Source: Dirinaria sp. TL-2023a (Eukaryota). Taken from it: 47,559 bases of DNA. The stretch covers positions 1 to 47,559 of the forward strand of contig JAVEBF010000026.1 in NCBI GenBank assembly GCA_051941275.1, in the 5' to 3' direction. A program made the translations under genes and the position numbers. Within the stretch, counting starts at the first letter, position 1. Each line of letters starts with the position of its first letter. A model generated the notes under the pieces. That model did no database searches. It saw only the letters and a program-made list of their open reading frames with translations, and had not been told where the DNA came from. Positions 10,444-23,474 of this stretch are shown piece after piece.

Positions 10444-12527
10444 CAATTTTTGTTATCATAATGGCTCTTTATCCATTATTTCCACTTTTCACAAAATGGT
10501 TCAGACTATTTCTTCATTTATATTCTATCTAATCTATTTACAATGCGAAGATTTAAAAGCCAATTCATAATATATTAAAATTATCTATTAATTTATAAAA
10601 AAAGTAAATTACCTCTGTACAAATAAATATACTAGTTAAATTATATCGCTAAAAAAATTCAACCGTGGTGTATTATATATAAGTCTAAATAAGATAAGGC
10701 AGTATCTATTAAAGTAAGATAAATAACCTAATTAGATGTGTTTGTATTATTATAGTTAAAAAAGTGTTATAGGTAAAAAGCTTTTTACTTAGAAACCTAA
10801 AAAATTTTTTTAATACATTATTAATAATATTTAATTAGAAGCCACTCATCCTTTTAAACCAAATGACCCTGTATAAAGTTTAGACTTTATTTTTGTATAC
10901 TGTACGTTAGATCTAGCATATCCTCTTAAAAGCACAGAAGAATACCCTTTGTAAGAAGAATCTATATTTTTTAGATTACCTGTGTGATTAAAGAAATAAG
11001 CAGATTTTGCAGCACCACTACTTCTAGTTAATCTACCCTTAGCTTCTATTCTTACACCAGTAGTATATTTATTTTTAATATAATTAAATACATCGTATGT
11101 TATATATTCTTTATATTTAATACTATTATATATACGTCTTCTTTTTGCAATAGCTTCAAGTTCTGATTTTTTTTTTCTTAGTCATGTCTTCTTTATAAGA
11201 TCAACTTTTGAATTTTGTATTATTTTTTTATACGTAGGATATAGGTTACTCAATTTGTCTAGAGGTGGTAGGTAAAACAATTCTGAAGGGGCATTTAAGA
11301 TATTTTCTATGGTATCTTTATTATTTATTATTTTTGTAACTAAAGTTTCCGAGAAAATATAACTGTCTAAATACAAGCATTTTATATTTACTAAATTAAA
11401 CTCTACTTTTTTCTTGTAGACATTTTTAATTAAGTTAATTAAAGGTAAAAGAGAAGTCTTTTCAAATTTAGATTTGTTAAACGAAATAATTTGTCTTTGG
11501 TGCATTAATAACATCTCTTTTTGTAAACATTTAAAAAGTAAATTTTTAATATATTTACTTTCGTAATCTTTAAATTTATTTTTTTCATTTAGCGTTTCCA
11601 ATAGACTTTCTTTCTGCTCGTAAACTTTTCACATAACTTTTAAAGATTTTTCTTTTATCTCTTTTAACAATTGATCAGAAAATTTTGTATCGTCTATCGT
11701 ATAATCTTTTTCATTCAAATTAATTATTGCACCACATATATTAAGTAGTTTTTTAATATAATATAATCTTTGCCTGTTATACACATAAATGGTAACTATT
11801 ATTTTATCACTACTGTGCTTAAGTTCTGCTTTACTAACTAATATTCTGTTAGTTGATAGTATTCTAAAACTTTCTTCTAAAATAGGGATCCTTGCTTTTT
11901 TTTCTAATTTATAACTATATAAATCAAAATAGCTTTTAATAGATTTAAGTATTAATTTATCAGCGACAGGGAGTAATGGCAATGTATTTTTATTATAAGC
12001 ATAAATACTATTAAATCACTCTTTGTCTCCAGGTAGATAGTCCTTAATATGCATTGACTCACTAGTCTTTAGAGAGTGCTTACTTATATTAGTGCTTTTT
12101 ACTTTTAATTTAATATTGTTTAACATTTAAATTTTAATACGTACAGTGTAGAGAACCTTTATGTTCTAAGCTCAACTTTTAATCAATGAGTTAAGTCTCT
12201 TTCATTAATCTTACATAAAATTAATAATTATACAGAAATATTATACAATAATGTACCTAAACAATTAGAATAAATATATCAAGCAATTAGATTAGATAGT
12301 GTAATAACAAAATGTCGGGCGTTATTAAAAGGCTATTGTTAGTAATACTCACCTTCTAGTCGTTGAACGTTCTCACTTTATTCTTATTAAAAAAGCTTTT
12401 AATAAAAAATACTTAAGAGAGCTTCGCTTCAAATACACTTATTTTAAGAACGTTAACACAAGTTTTTTTTGAATTTTACCCGAATATTACCCAATAGTTA
12501 ATTAAAACATCGGAGGACTAACATTTA
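10444..12527 (-). other. Group I intron in rnl (L2449-type site) hosting rps3
   Basis: Junction CTAGGGAT|...G|AACAGGCT; core TCAACGACTAGAAGGTG. Confidence 0.9.
10831..12126 (-). CDS. rps3: Intron-encoded ribosomal protein S3 (431 aa)
   Basis: KEWFNSIYAYNKN, SKAELKHSSDKIIVTIYVYNRQ, GVRIEAKGRLTR and GSFGLKGWVAS motifs. Confidence 0.95.
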
Positions 12528-13248
12528 ATCCCTAGCGTAACTTTTTCTAAAATCCAAGACCTATCCTTTTTGCATCTTGTGATCATATGCCCCGCTTACG
12601 CGACTGAAAGACGTGTAAGTCAAACAGTAAAGCAAGATTAAGCCGTTAAACTTTTGCAGTATTTTTAATTATCATTTAGTTAACTAGTTGCAATCTAGTA
12701 CAAACAACAAAAAACAGTACTAGATAATTAATTTATCTAGATAATGATTTAACTACATCTATATTAGGAATAGAAACTTCTTACTAAAAAAATAAATCTA
12801 ACTCAAATAGAAATATAAACGAATAAGTTAAAAATATATATATATTCTATGCCTTTTGCATATCCTATTCTATCGCTTTCAGACATCATATTATATAACT
12901 TTTGGACATAGAATATATATAACAAATAGCAAACTAAAATGAAAAATATGCAGGCTTTGCCAATACATATTTATATGCGACTCGCAATTTCACAGAATTT
13001 GGAGAAGCCCAGGTACTATTTATGGGCTCTGTGCCCCGCATAAACTGTCTCCTAGCAAATGCTCCCCGCAAGGGGGTTACTATTACATTGGGTACATTGG
13101 ATACATTCGGTAATACAATGTAATACAATGTAATACAATATGATAAAGCAGACAACCGCCTTTCAGTTTTATCTTGGCAACTACCGTATATGCTAAAGCT
13201 GACTAGGTCATACCCAATTGCTAGTAACAGTAAAGCTGCATAGGGTCT

Positions 13249-13887
13249 GTCGAGATAGGTTATTTTATTACTAAAACTTCCCCCTCTAAGAACCGTACAA
13301 GCGACTTTCATCGCATACGGCTCGAGCACTAATTTTTTTTTATAAATTATTAGCACCAGTTATAAGTCTGCGTTCTTTCGAACAGGTTATAAACCTATTA
13401 TTGCCATTACAGCAACACATTCGCTTTTTACAACATCCTTTACCCCCTAATGTGTATATGACCTTGCGATCATACTTCCATGTACTATTTAACATACATG
13501 GGCATTATGGGGCTTACCTAGTTCATTTAATAACACCTTAATAATTACCTTAGGATTGCACTATACGTAGGTTGAAAAAGACCCATAAAATGAAAAACGA
13601 AAAATTTTCATTACATTCAACCCCCAATGTTTTATTGTTTTTTTCTAATTGCTAGTTATACGCTTCAAACATGCATTCATTTACTTATCCTTAGTAATTT
13701 AGCTCACCAGCCTTTAACACTCATTCTTATTAGGCTGGATAATTATTATTATATTGTATAAGTAATAACTACGATTTAGCGGGCTTCACACATAGAAATT
13801 ACTCTCCATACATGCCGCATGAGCTCAGATAATGGGTTATCAGAAGGGTTTTCACCTTATTGTTATTAAACGCTTATCTAGTCGCAC
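13249..13887 (-). mobile_element. ORF-less group II intron (IIB-like), 639 nt, in rnl near the L2059 site
   Basis: 5' GTGCGAC; domain V GAGCCGTATGCGATGAAAGTCGCTTGTACGGTTC; domain VI with bulged A 8 nt before the 3' AC end; exons rejoin as GACGAGA|AGACCCTA. Confidence 0.93.
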
Positions 13888-15802
13888 TCTCGTCTAACTA
13901 GAGGTAAACTGTATCTTCACAGTTATTCCAATTTCACCGAGCCAATCATAGAGACAGCTGTTGTATCGTTACCCCATTCATGCAAGACCGCATTTAACGG
14001 CCAAGTATTTCGCTACCTTAGAACTCTCACGTTAAAGCTGCCATTTAACAGCGGGTACTTCAAAACCTAACTCCTTTTAATAAATTAAGCAAATCGGATA
14101 ACCAACTATCATTGGGCAGATCTCACACCCTATACTTCGAATTATTCTTTGCAGCGTGCTTTGTTTTAATTAAACAGTCGTACAACATGATTAACATACC
14201 CCACCCTCCCTGCATACGCATATTCATGCGCATACGCATACGTATACGCATAAACTAGCCTTATATTACTAATAAGGCAAGAGGGGGGCTCCTTATCCCG
14301 AAGTTATGGAGTAAATTTGCCGAGTTCCTTAATGATTGTTAGCTCGAACGCCTTCGTATTTTCTACTTGCTTACTTGTGGTAGACTTTAGGTACGGTCTT
14401 ACGCGGTATTTTTCCAGAACATTAGTCACTTTATACATATACAAATGTTATTTTATTTTATCGCTGATATTCTCATCGTTTAGTTCTTTAGAATCAATAA
14501 CTTAGAGGCCGTTACTTTAATTTTAAATTCCATAAGCTTTAGGCGAGGTTAAACCTTATCGTTACTCATATCAGCATTCTCACTTGGGAACTATAAATTC
14601 CTAATTCTTTAAAAGAAAAAGTCTTATATTTACCCAATGTTCCGCTACCCCAGAAAGACATTTTATTAGCTTAAAAATTTGTCTTTCTGGACAAGGTTTC
14701 GGTATATTATTTAGATCCGTTAAATTTTAGGTGCTCTTATCCGCATAGACTTGTAATTAGTTTAGTAATTTTTAGTCTAGGTTAAACCAGTGCTCTTTTA
14801 CGAGATCTTTAAAAAATGGCCGCTTCTAAGCCTATTTCCTGGGTGAGTAGGATAATTACTGCCTTAGTTTCACTTAATAATAATTTTGGAACCTTATTAA
14901 CTCTTGTTCTGGGCTGTTTCCCTTTAGACATACAACCTTATCGCACTATGTCTGACTATTCAATATTCATCTAAGCCCTTCCGAGAACAAATACTCTCTG
15001 ATAGAATCATATAGATCCCCCAATATCCACAAAAACATACTAAATATAATAAAATTAATATGCATATTGTATATGAGATCACAGTTCTGTACCTGCTATA
15101 ATGTTATTGAAATTACCTACAAGTATAGGTTTCGCGGAAAACCAGCTACAACTAGTCTGTGTTGTCTTTCACTTACTTACCACAATTCTTCGGATATCTT
15201 TACAACGATAACCCGTTCGGACCTTATAGTCCTGATTGTGGTAAGATCACTAGGCTTCGGGTCTAATCTTAGATACTTTCTCATTACTTCATAATTGGTT
15301 TATCTTAGCATTACTGCTCGCATCTAATCTTAACTTGCTGACCCATTATACAAAAGGTACGCTCTTTATATTAATATTTAACTCGAGCTGCTTGTAAAAC
15401 TACTATTTCTTTGATATTTCCCTCACGGTACTCGTCTACTATCGCTTATATATTATATTTAGCCTTAGAGGAAGGTTCCCCTTTTATTTTCAAACAGGTA
15501 TTCATTCCGTTTTAATTGCAGGCTTTTCCACTTTCATTCACACTACTTGTAGAATCTCGTTTGATTTTTATTCCTAAAGTTAATAAGATATTTCAATTCA
15601 CTTAGTATATAATAATAAATTTCTTTTTTGAGTTCATGGAGTGAGTTAACAAACTTTCCAATTTATGTATTTTTACTCTCTCTAATATATAGCTATCAAT
15701 CCATAATAGTTTCTTTATATACTTTTGTGATTTTAATCACAAGTAAATACTATACATATCATTTACACTACTATTGTGTTTTAGACAATTGTAACATTTA
15801 TA

Positions 15803-15875
15803 TCGGGTTATTATGATTCGAACATAACAATTCCTCATCCCAAATGAGGCGCCTAACCAACCTGGCTCTAACCCG
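15803..15875 (-). tRNA. trnP: tRNA-Pro(UGG)
   Basis: Acceptor CGGGTTA/TAACCCG; anticodon TGG. Confidence 0.92.
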
Positions 15876-15903
15876 TTTAATATTAAGTGATTAAAAACTT
15901 TTA

Positions 15904-15989
15904 CAGAGAATATCCGATTCGAACGGATGTGGCCATTTAAACCAAATAAGTTTCAAGCTTACCACTTTAGGCCACTCAGTCAATTCCCT
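15904..15989 (-). tRNA. trnS: tRNA-Ser(UGA)
   Basis: Anticodon loop CTTGAAA; long variable arm. Confidence 0.92.
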
Positions 15990-16005
15990 TGCTTTTTTTT
16001 TATTT

Positions 16006-16818
16006 CTATAAGCCTAATTTATATAACATAAATGTATGCATATAAGGCAATACAACTCTGCGCAATTTAAGCATAGATCCCTTTAATACATATATTCTTA
16101 GGTATCGATGTTTAAAATTACGTATGATACAATTTATATCATATTTAATTATTAATACATTTATTAATAATACAATATTTATGATTGAATAACAATCGGT
16201 GCATAATAAAAGAGAAATACCATTAAAAGTACCATCTCCCATAATTCAAGGGGCTAATGCTACAGGTGTGAGATTATTATAAATCGAAAATGTTATAGTT
16301 TTAACTTTTTCTATATAAAAATGATGATATAATTCCGTTATACATGGCATATATCTAGTAAAAATTTATAGATTAAATGTTGCTTTATTAAATCTAGATC
16401 TTTTAGTAAAAACAGGATATCTGGGTCAATAGTGAGCTAATATATTGTAAACAAAATAGATATAACTTAAATGATCTATAGATTGATTTAAGCCTAATCT
16501 ACCATTTTTACTTCTACTACTAAAAACTATATATCCATCAGATAATAACAATCCTATCATAACACCTTTTATAAAACACGGCAATTTAACCTTATTCAAC
16601 TCATTTTGCGTAAATTTTATTCCAACTGTGAAGAACAAATTGGTTCCCCATATTACTAAATTATAATAAGGTTTATCATAAGGTATTAATAATAAACTGT
16701 AATTATTATTAATATAATATCTAATAGTACATTCTTTTGTGTTAACTAAGGATATCACAGGATCTAATAAAAGAAAACAAGTATGAAAATTTATATTTTT
16801 AATATTATTAAATATCAA
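16006..16818 (-). pseudogene. Free-standing LAGLIDADG (type 2) endonuclease with an internal stop
   Basis: MIGLLLSDG and LTPVALAPWIMGDG in one frame; premature TAA at 16366-16368. Confidence 0.85.
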
Positions 16819-16992
16819 GCTATTAAGATTGATAAAAGAATTTCTAGAATGTAAATTATTATTTTAATTGTTGTTATTCACATAAGAACTGTCAATATTG
16901 TCAATATTATCTAGTTTTTCATCATTAGTACAAATATTAGTATTATTACTCTTTAACGTTTCATAATACAATTCATTTTCTAAATGTTTGAA

Positions 16993-17676
16993 TTATTTAT
17001 TCTCATGAATAAAGACAGATTTACCACCATCCCTAATTTTAACATTAGACCTTCTATTTCTAGTAAGATCTATTCTAGGAAAGAGGTGATCATGATTAAC
17101 ATACCTTAAATTAATACTCTTATTCAAAGCTATCAAATTAAAATTAAATAACGCCAATATATAAGCATGGTGTTTCAGACTTAAATGTGAATAAAGATGT
17201 CTTTTACTTGCAAACTGTGCGGTAACAATAATATTATCTTTAGCTAATGAACTTACAACATAAGATCGAGTAAACTTACAGAATATAACCAGTATATTCA
17301 TTCCTAATTTATCATGTAAACTAACTTGATCCTTTAAAATTACATATGTAGAAAATATAATACGATAAATTGCAAATGACATTGTTTCTGAAGCTATCTC
17401 AACAAGTTTATCCGCATTATTATCTTCACTAAGACAATTTTCAACAATTACTCTAGATATTTTATTAATTTTATATATTAATAGACATATAAAATAGTTA
17501 TTAGGAATAAAATTAAAACCAACAGACAATGAGGTAATCTTTATATTAAGATTGTGATGTATCTCTTCAAGGCATGTTCATATATTATAAGCCGGATACT
17601 CTATATATGAAAAAGATGCAATAATATCGTAAGTATACAACTTGAACTCTATGTCGTTTTTAATAGATCTAATCAT
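16993..17676 (-). CDS. Hypothetical protein, 227 aa
   Basis: Track ORF extends through a TGA to ATG at 17676; no recognised motif. Confidence 0.55.
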
Positions 17677-17871
17677 GGTTTAAATTTAAATTATTAAGAA
17701 ATGGGCCATTATAACACACCAATAAATTAGAGGTTTAAACAATAAGAAAACTAACCCTATAAATTAGAACAATATACATCTCACAAAATTAAACAACAGG
17801 TGATTAAATCTTTACAATTTACATTTATAGTAATATAAGGTGATAAACATATACCTGTTTAAACCTATATG

Positions 17872-17943
17872 TGATTCTTCCAAGACTTGAACTTGAATAA
17901 CATTCTTATCAAAAATGCACTTTACCTATTAAGTTAAAGAACC
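17872..17943 (-). tRNA. trnI: tRNA-Ile(GAU)
   Basis: Acceptor GGTTCTT/AAGAATC; anticodon GAT. Confidence 0.92.
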
Positions 17944-18018
17944 TTTCTAAAATATAAAAATTTTTGCTCTAGTATTATTTTAAGGTATTAGGGACAAAAT
18001 ACCTTAAAAATAAATAGC

Positions 18019-18089
18019 CAAGAGTTCTCAGATTTGAACTGAGAATTTAAAGTTTGAAGCTTTTTATTTTGCCATTAAATTAAACTCTT
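18019..18089 (-). tRNA. trnW: tRNA-Trp(UCA)
   Basis: Anticodon loop CTTCAAA, consistent with TGA=Trp. Confidence 0.92.
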
Positions 18090-18204
18090 TTTTTACCATT
18101 TAAAAATTAATAAGTTCTTATTTAAAGATTTATTAATATAAAATAAAAAAAATTTTTAAAGTAATTTTAAATTTGTATAAGCAGTATTATTTTAAGTCCA
18201 TATA

Positions 18205-18286
18205 CGGAAAAGAGATGATTTGAACATCCAGATGTTTATTACATAATATTTAGCAAATATTTTACCCTACCCGTAGCAACTTTTCC
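18205..18286 (-). tRNA. trnS: tRNA-Ser(GCU)
   Basis: Acceptor GGAAAAG/CTTTTCC; anticodon GCT; long variable arm. Confidence 0.9.
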
Positions 18287-18315
18287 TTTTATGTTCTGTA
18301 TTTTAAATGTATATA

Positions 18316-18388
18316 CGAGTTAGGCCGGCCTCGATCCAGCATTTCCTTTCTCGACAAGAAAGTATTTTACCTATTAAATCACTAACTC
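18316..18388 (-). tRNA. trnD: tRNA-Asp(GUC)
   Basis: Acceptor GAGTTAG/CTAACTC; anticodon GTC. Confidence 0.9.
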
Positions 18389-18402
18389 TTTAAATTTTAT
18401 GT

Positions 18403-18473
18403 TACGGCCAGCCGAATTCGAATCGACACAAATCGTTTGGAAGACGAAAGGTCTACCATTAACCTATGGCCGT
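18403..18473 (-). tRNA. trnG: tRNA-Gly(UCC)
   Basis: Acceptor ACGGCCA/TGGCCGT; anticodon TCC. Confidence 0.92.
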
Positions 18474-18659
18474 TTTGGTTTTTTTTATTTTATTATCTTC
18501 CTTATTCAGAAAAGTGTGTTGCATAACCATGGAGTGGCTGCTTTGTGATTTATAAAAAAAAATTTTTTTCACCTAATTTAAAAACTATATATAATTTATC
18601 AATAATTTACAAATATTTTATTAATATATTTGTGTATAAGATTAATTAATTTATATATT

Positions 18660-19926
18660 CACCACAACTAAAATTAAATTCTTAATATAATCCATTCCTA
18701 TATCTGTTAACGAGAATTATTTAGCTAAACCCTTAGATGTTAATGTTACTAATGGTCCTATTAGTCATCTTTATTTAGAAATTAGTGGTAAGTTAACTAA
18801 TTTTATAGATATTATTATAGATAAAGCCAAAATTTTAAGACCTAACCATAAAGATAAAATAATTTATTTTTATAGTAATTGGTAGTTTCATTTACTTAAA
18901 GATAAGTTTTATTATATATTAGCTGTTAAAGTATTAAATGCAAATTCTATTGAAAAAATTAGATATTCTTTAAACGGTGTTATTATTAACCATATTATTG
19001 ATAAGGTAGTTGGTAATCTTATTGAGAGAAATTTAGGGGAAAAACAGCTTATCATAGATGGAGATAAAATAGTTTTTAGTAGACAAAATGTTAAATTAAA
19101 AGCTCTTTAAAAATCTAAACATGTTAAACCCCAATTTGTAGAAAATAGCAAGATAGGTGTTATTGACTTAGAAACTTATAAAATTAATGAGAGTACTTTT
19201 AAAGTTTATGCTTTAGGTTTTAAAACAAACTTAGAGGTAAAATCTAAGGTATATTACATAGATAAGGAGAAGTTAGACTCAAAGAAAAGATTCTTTTCCT
19301 TAATCGATGAATTACTTAGACCTAAATATAATTTAGTTACATTTTATTGTCATAACTTAGGCGTATTTGATATCGTATTCATTTTAAATGCTTTATACAG
19401 TTATAATGAACAAGACCAAGCTGATAAAGATAAAGTATCTTGTGTTTTAAGACATGATAAAATTATTAAGGTAAAAGCTAGTAAGGATAAAAACAGTTTT
19501 ACTATTTTAGATAGTTATGCTATGATGGCTGATAACCTTGATAAGTTAGGACTTAATTTTAAGGTATCTATTATTAAATCTAAATTTCCTTACAGATTTG
19601 CCGTACAAGATCACTTATTTTACAAAGGATCTATGCCTGGTATTGAATACTACGATAACATTACACTAGGGGAATATAATAATTTAATTGTATCATATTG
19701 AAATATGAAAGAAGAAACACTTAAATATTTAAATAATGATCTTTATACTTTACACCAAATTTTAATTAAAGCAAATAAACAAGTATTTTTAGATTATAGA
19801 ATTAATATAAGCGAATCTGTTACCATATCGGGTCTTGTTTTTAAGATATATTTAAAAGATTTTTATAATAATAATATACCTAATATAAACAACGTTAGTA
19901 TTTACAATTACATTAGAGAAGCATAG
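18660..19926 (+). pseudogene. dpo: Linear-plasmid family B DNA polymerase fragment (exonuclease region)
   Basis: ExoI GVIDLETY, ExoII FYCHNLGVFD, ILDSY, KSKFPYRF and ExoIII YLNNDL; internal stops; truncated at IREA*. Confidence 0.88.
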
Positions 19927-20309
19927 CAATATAATTGATATGCTTAAAATCATATATATCATAAACACTAAACTATATTGATATAATTTTAGTTAGTATA
20001 TCCAACTTATAATTCAAATACAACTTTTTATTGAAAGGGTTAAAAGAAGCGGTAAAAGATGAAAGTAAGTCGGATAAAGACTAATACTCTAGGAAGAGCG
20101 ATAAAGCACATAGTTACTTAAAAAAAGTAAGTCAGCCTTATATAGATAAAATTTAATACTACTAGTAGGCTCATAAATATCATTCAGCATAATGCAAATC
20201 TTCATTTTACGTGCTAATTTTTTATAAAACATAAGCTTCATATATCTGGCTTTTGCCATGTTATCATTTTTTTTTTGATATAAGAAAAACCTTTATTAAT
20301 TGCCATTAG

Positions 20310-21119
20310 TTACGATCCTCAATAATACATAGATATGAACAAAAACAATCAAACAATGTCCACAAAATGTCAATATAATATTCCTGACTCTAAACCTAAA
20401 TGATGATTATCAGTGGAGTGATAAGCTAGTACACGTCATAAACCAACAGCTATAAACGCAGTACCTATTATTACGTGAAAGCCATGAAAGCCTGTTCCAA
20501 AATAAAAACATGATCCGAATGTTCCATCAGCAATAGTGAATTCAGAAACTGAATACTCCAAAGCCTGTAAGGCAGTGAACTCAAGAGCTAACACTATAGT
20601 ATAATATAATCCGAAAATAGCTCCTGATCTATTTCCTTGAATTACAGAATGATGACCATAAGTAACAGTAACACCTGAACAAAGTAAAATTATTGTATTA
20701 AGCAAAGGTAACTCAAAAGGATTAACTGATTCTATACCACTTGGCGGTCAATGAGCTCCTAGTTCACCCGTAGGAGAAAGTGCGCTATGAAAAAAGGTTC
20801 AAAAAATGGCTAAAAAGAAAAGGGCTTCGCTTACTATAAATAAACCAATTCCCATGTTTAAACCTCTTTGCACAGCTAGAGTATGGTTACCCAGATATGT
20901 AGCTTCAGATATAACGTCTCTAAATCAAAGTGACATAGAAAAAACTAATGAAAAAAAGCCTAGGCTTAAATTGTATCCTGAAAGCATAAAGCCATGCATT
21001 CTTAAAACTAGACTAGTTGTAACAGTTAGAAGACAAACACATGTCAATATTGGTCAAGGTGAAGGAGAAACTAAATGAAACGGATGTCCTTGAAAATTAG
21101 TTCTTGTTAAATTTGTCAT
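20310..21119 (-). CDS. cox3: Cytochrome c oxidase subunit 3 (269 aa)
   Basis: [21 protein letters not shown] and YWHFVDIVW motifs. Confidence 0.97.
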
Positions 21120-21692
21120 ACTCTTTATATTATATATTATTGTGTACGAGGACTGTACATAAAAAAATAAAACTTAAACAGATACACAATAAAAGTACAC
21201 GCTACCTAATCTTTTCTTAGAGTTTTATATTGAAAATGTTAAAAAAACTCTAAGGAAATATTTTGAAAGAAAGTGTTAAAAGCTAAATAATAAATAGAAA
21301 GATAACAGATGAAACAATTATACATTGTAAATAGCCCATATAGTTATAAAGAGATTTTTATACTTTTTTACATACTATTCTTTAAAACACACTTATAAAT
21401 GTAAAGTAAAAATTCATTAGAATAACGGAAAAATTAAAAAGCTGTGATTAAATGTGTGTTTTTCTTAAGTTTGTAATCTTTTTTTATTTTTATTATAATA
21501 TTATATATATATTTAACTTATATAAGCGTAAAATATAAAGTACTGTTTAATAAAAAAAGATAATTTAATATTGGTTTTTAAACCTAGAGTGATTATTTTT
21601 AATTAATATTATTTTACGTATACCTTAATATAGCCTTTCCAGCTTCTCAATTTAAGTAAAAATCAATGTCAATAGCTATAGTCTTATAGATT

Positions 21693-21764
21693 TAAGGAAT
21701 AAGTGATTTGAACACTTAGCCCACCGTGTGTAAAACGGTAGCTCTACCTTTGAGCTAATTCCTT
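21693..21764 (-). tRNA. trnV: tRNA-Val(UAC)
   Basis: Anticodon loop TTTACAC; cloverleaf. Confidence 0.92.
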
Positions 21765-21794
21765 TTTTTTACTTATAACACTTAAATATTTACA

Positions 21795-21867
21795 TAAGAC
21801 CTATGGGATTTGAACCCATATAATGATGATCAAAAGTCACATATTTTTCCAGTTAAACTAAAGTCTC
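21795..21867 (-). tRNA. trnK: tRNA-Lys(UUU)
   Basis: Anticodon loop CTTTTGA. Confidence 0.9.
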
Positions 21868-22000
21868 TTTTTTAATTAAAAAGCGTTTACCTTGATCACA
21901 TTAACAACAAATTATCTTACAATACATGAATTGAAAATATTTTATTATAGTTTAATCTAAAGATAACTAGCTCTACTTAACTAAAAAAAGATTTTTTTTT

Positions 22001-22612
22001 TTAATTTTTTTGTTTTATGGTTATAACAATAGCACCAACCATGGCTAATAAAAGTATAATAGAAGTTATAATAAGTCATATTGAATAGCTGGTATACATA
22101 ATACTACCAAGACTTGTGATATGTGCGGTTTCCGAAAGATTACCATCTCACAGTGAACTAGTTGCAAACATTGGTAACTCGTTATACATAGGATAATCTT
22201 TCTTTGTAACAAAATTTGTTAGGTTAAAAATTGTAAAATTAGTAGGTAATAATTTATAAACTGGATTTATAAAGAAAATACTTGTTAGTATGGCTAAAGG
22301 TATGATATTGCTAGTGTCACTAGATAACTCAGATATTCTGATATTTATTAACATTAATATAAAAATAAAAAGAATAGACACCGCTCCTACATATACTAAC
22401 AAGTAAGATAAACCTATAAAACTTATACCTGAAGCTATAAGATAAGAAGCTATAGCAAAAAAAAGTGCAATTAAAAATAGAACAGATACTATAGGGTTTT
22501 TACTTATTATTGTAAGTATTCCTGAGGCTGTGGAAAAAAGGGCTATAAAATCCAAGAGCGTAATTTTAAAGCCATTAGTAATAGTTTCGTTCAAGATAAA
22601 CAGTGTATTCAT
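22001..22612 (-). CDS. nad6: NADH dehydrogenase subunit 6 (203 aa)
   Basis: KNPIVSVLFLI, VYVGAVSILF and LLLAMVGAI motifs; TAA at 22001-22003. Confidence 0.96.
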
Positions 22613-22808
22613 TTATCTACTTAATGCGTAAAACATTCTTCTTTAGGTCTTTATTAAACCTATTACTTAATATTAGAAGATTAATGGGGGTTATTATTAA
22701 AGCTAGCTAATAAAACCATGCTACTTAAATATTTAAAACTCAATTTAACAAAAAAACAGGTAAAAACAACATTTTTATTACTAAATTGAAACCATTTTAC
22801 CCTGGATT

Positions 22809-22879
22809 AGCCCTTAAAGTGAATTGAACACTTATACGAATATTAACAGTATTCTGCTCTACCATTGAGCTATAAAAGC
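22809..22879 (-). tRNA. trnN: tRNA-Asn(GUU)
   Basis: Anticodon loop CTGTTAA. Confidence 0.92.
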
Positions 22880-23121
22880 CACTTTATTTTTTTTAGTTAT
22901 AAAAGCACTTATGTATAATTACCTATACTCGCGGTAATTAGACCTCCTCTTATTTTTGTTTTTACTATTGCTGTTGTATTTGTATCAAATAGATAATTTG
23001 CTGCTTCTAGCGTTATTTTACCTTATATAGTTTATATTTAGATATCTCTCATTATATTAATAACTTTAATATGATTTACATTAAAAAAAGATGCTTACTA
23101 ATACAACATAGTTAAAAGCTA

Positions 23122-23194
23122 AAACATGTACAAGATTCGAACTTGCAATCTTTATGTCCGTAGCACAACACTATACCAATTTAGCTAACATGTT
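23122..23194 (-). tRNA. trnR: tRNA-Arg(ACG)
   Basis: Acceptor AACATGT/ACATGTT; anticodon loop CTACGGA. Confidence 0.88.
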
Positions 23195-23302
23195 ATTAAT
23201 GTGTGGCTATTTTAAAATAAGTATAAATATAATTATAAGAGAAAGATTAAAAAAGATACAATGCAGACATCTTCAAATAACTTAAGATATCTCCATAAAT
23301 AT

Positions 23303-23387
23303 TAGGAAGAAAAGGGATCGAACCTTCGACAGCTATAGCTATTGAGTTTACAGCTCAACCCGTCAAACCAACAAACGGAACCTTCCT
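23303..23387 (-). tRNA. trnY: tRNA-Tyr(GUA)
   Basis: Anticodon loop CTGTAAA; long variable arm. Confidence 0.92.
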
Positions 23388-23474
23388 TTTGCATATAACT
23401 TATTAGCTTTGTCTTTAGATAAGTATATCTAAAATAACAGTAGGTAAAAGTATCTACACAAAATTTCTTGTTAA

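Larger units (their letters stand above)
9895..15660 (-). rRNA. rnl: Large subunit rRNA with two introns; ends approximate
   Basis: Conserved LSU motifs GGCACCTCGATGTCGGCT, GAGCTGGGTTAAATACGTCGTGAGACAG, AAGGTAGCGAAAT and GTACCGTGAGGGAA. Confidence 0.93.

Noticed and set aside
12934..13356. 140-aa ORF as a group II maturase
   Set aside because: It is a chance frame across intron domains V-VI and rRNA exon, with no RT motifs.
9668..15816. Short plus-strand ORFs over tRNAs and rnl
   Set aside because: They are antisense to structural RNA genes.
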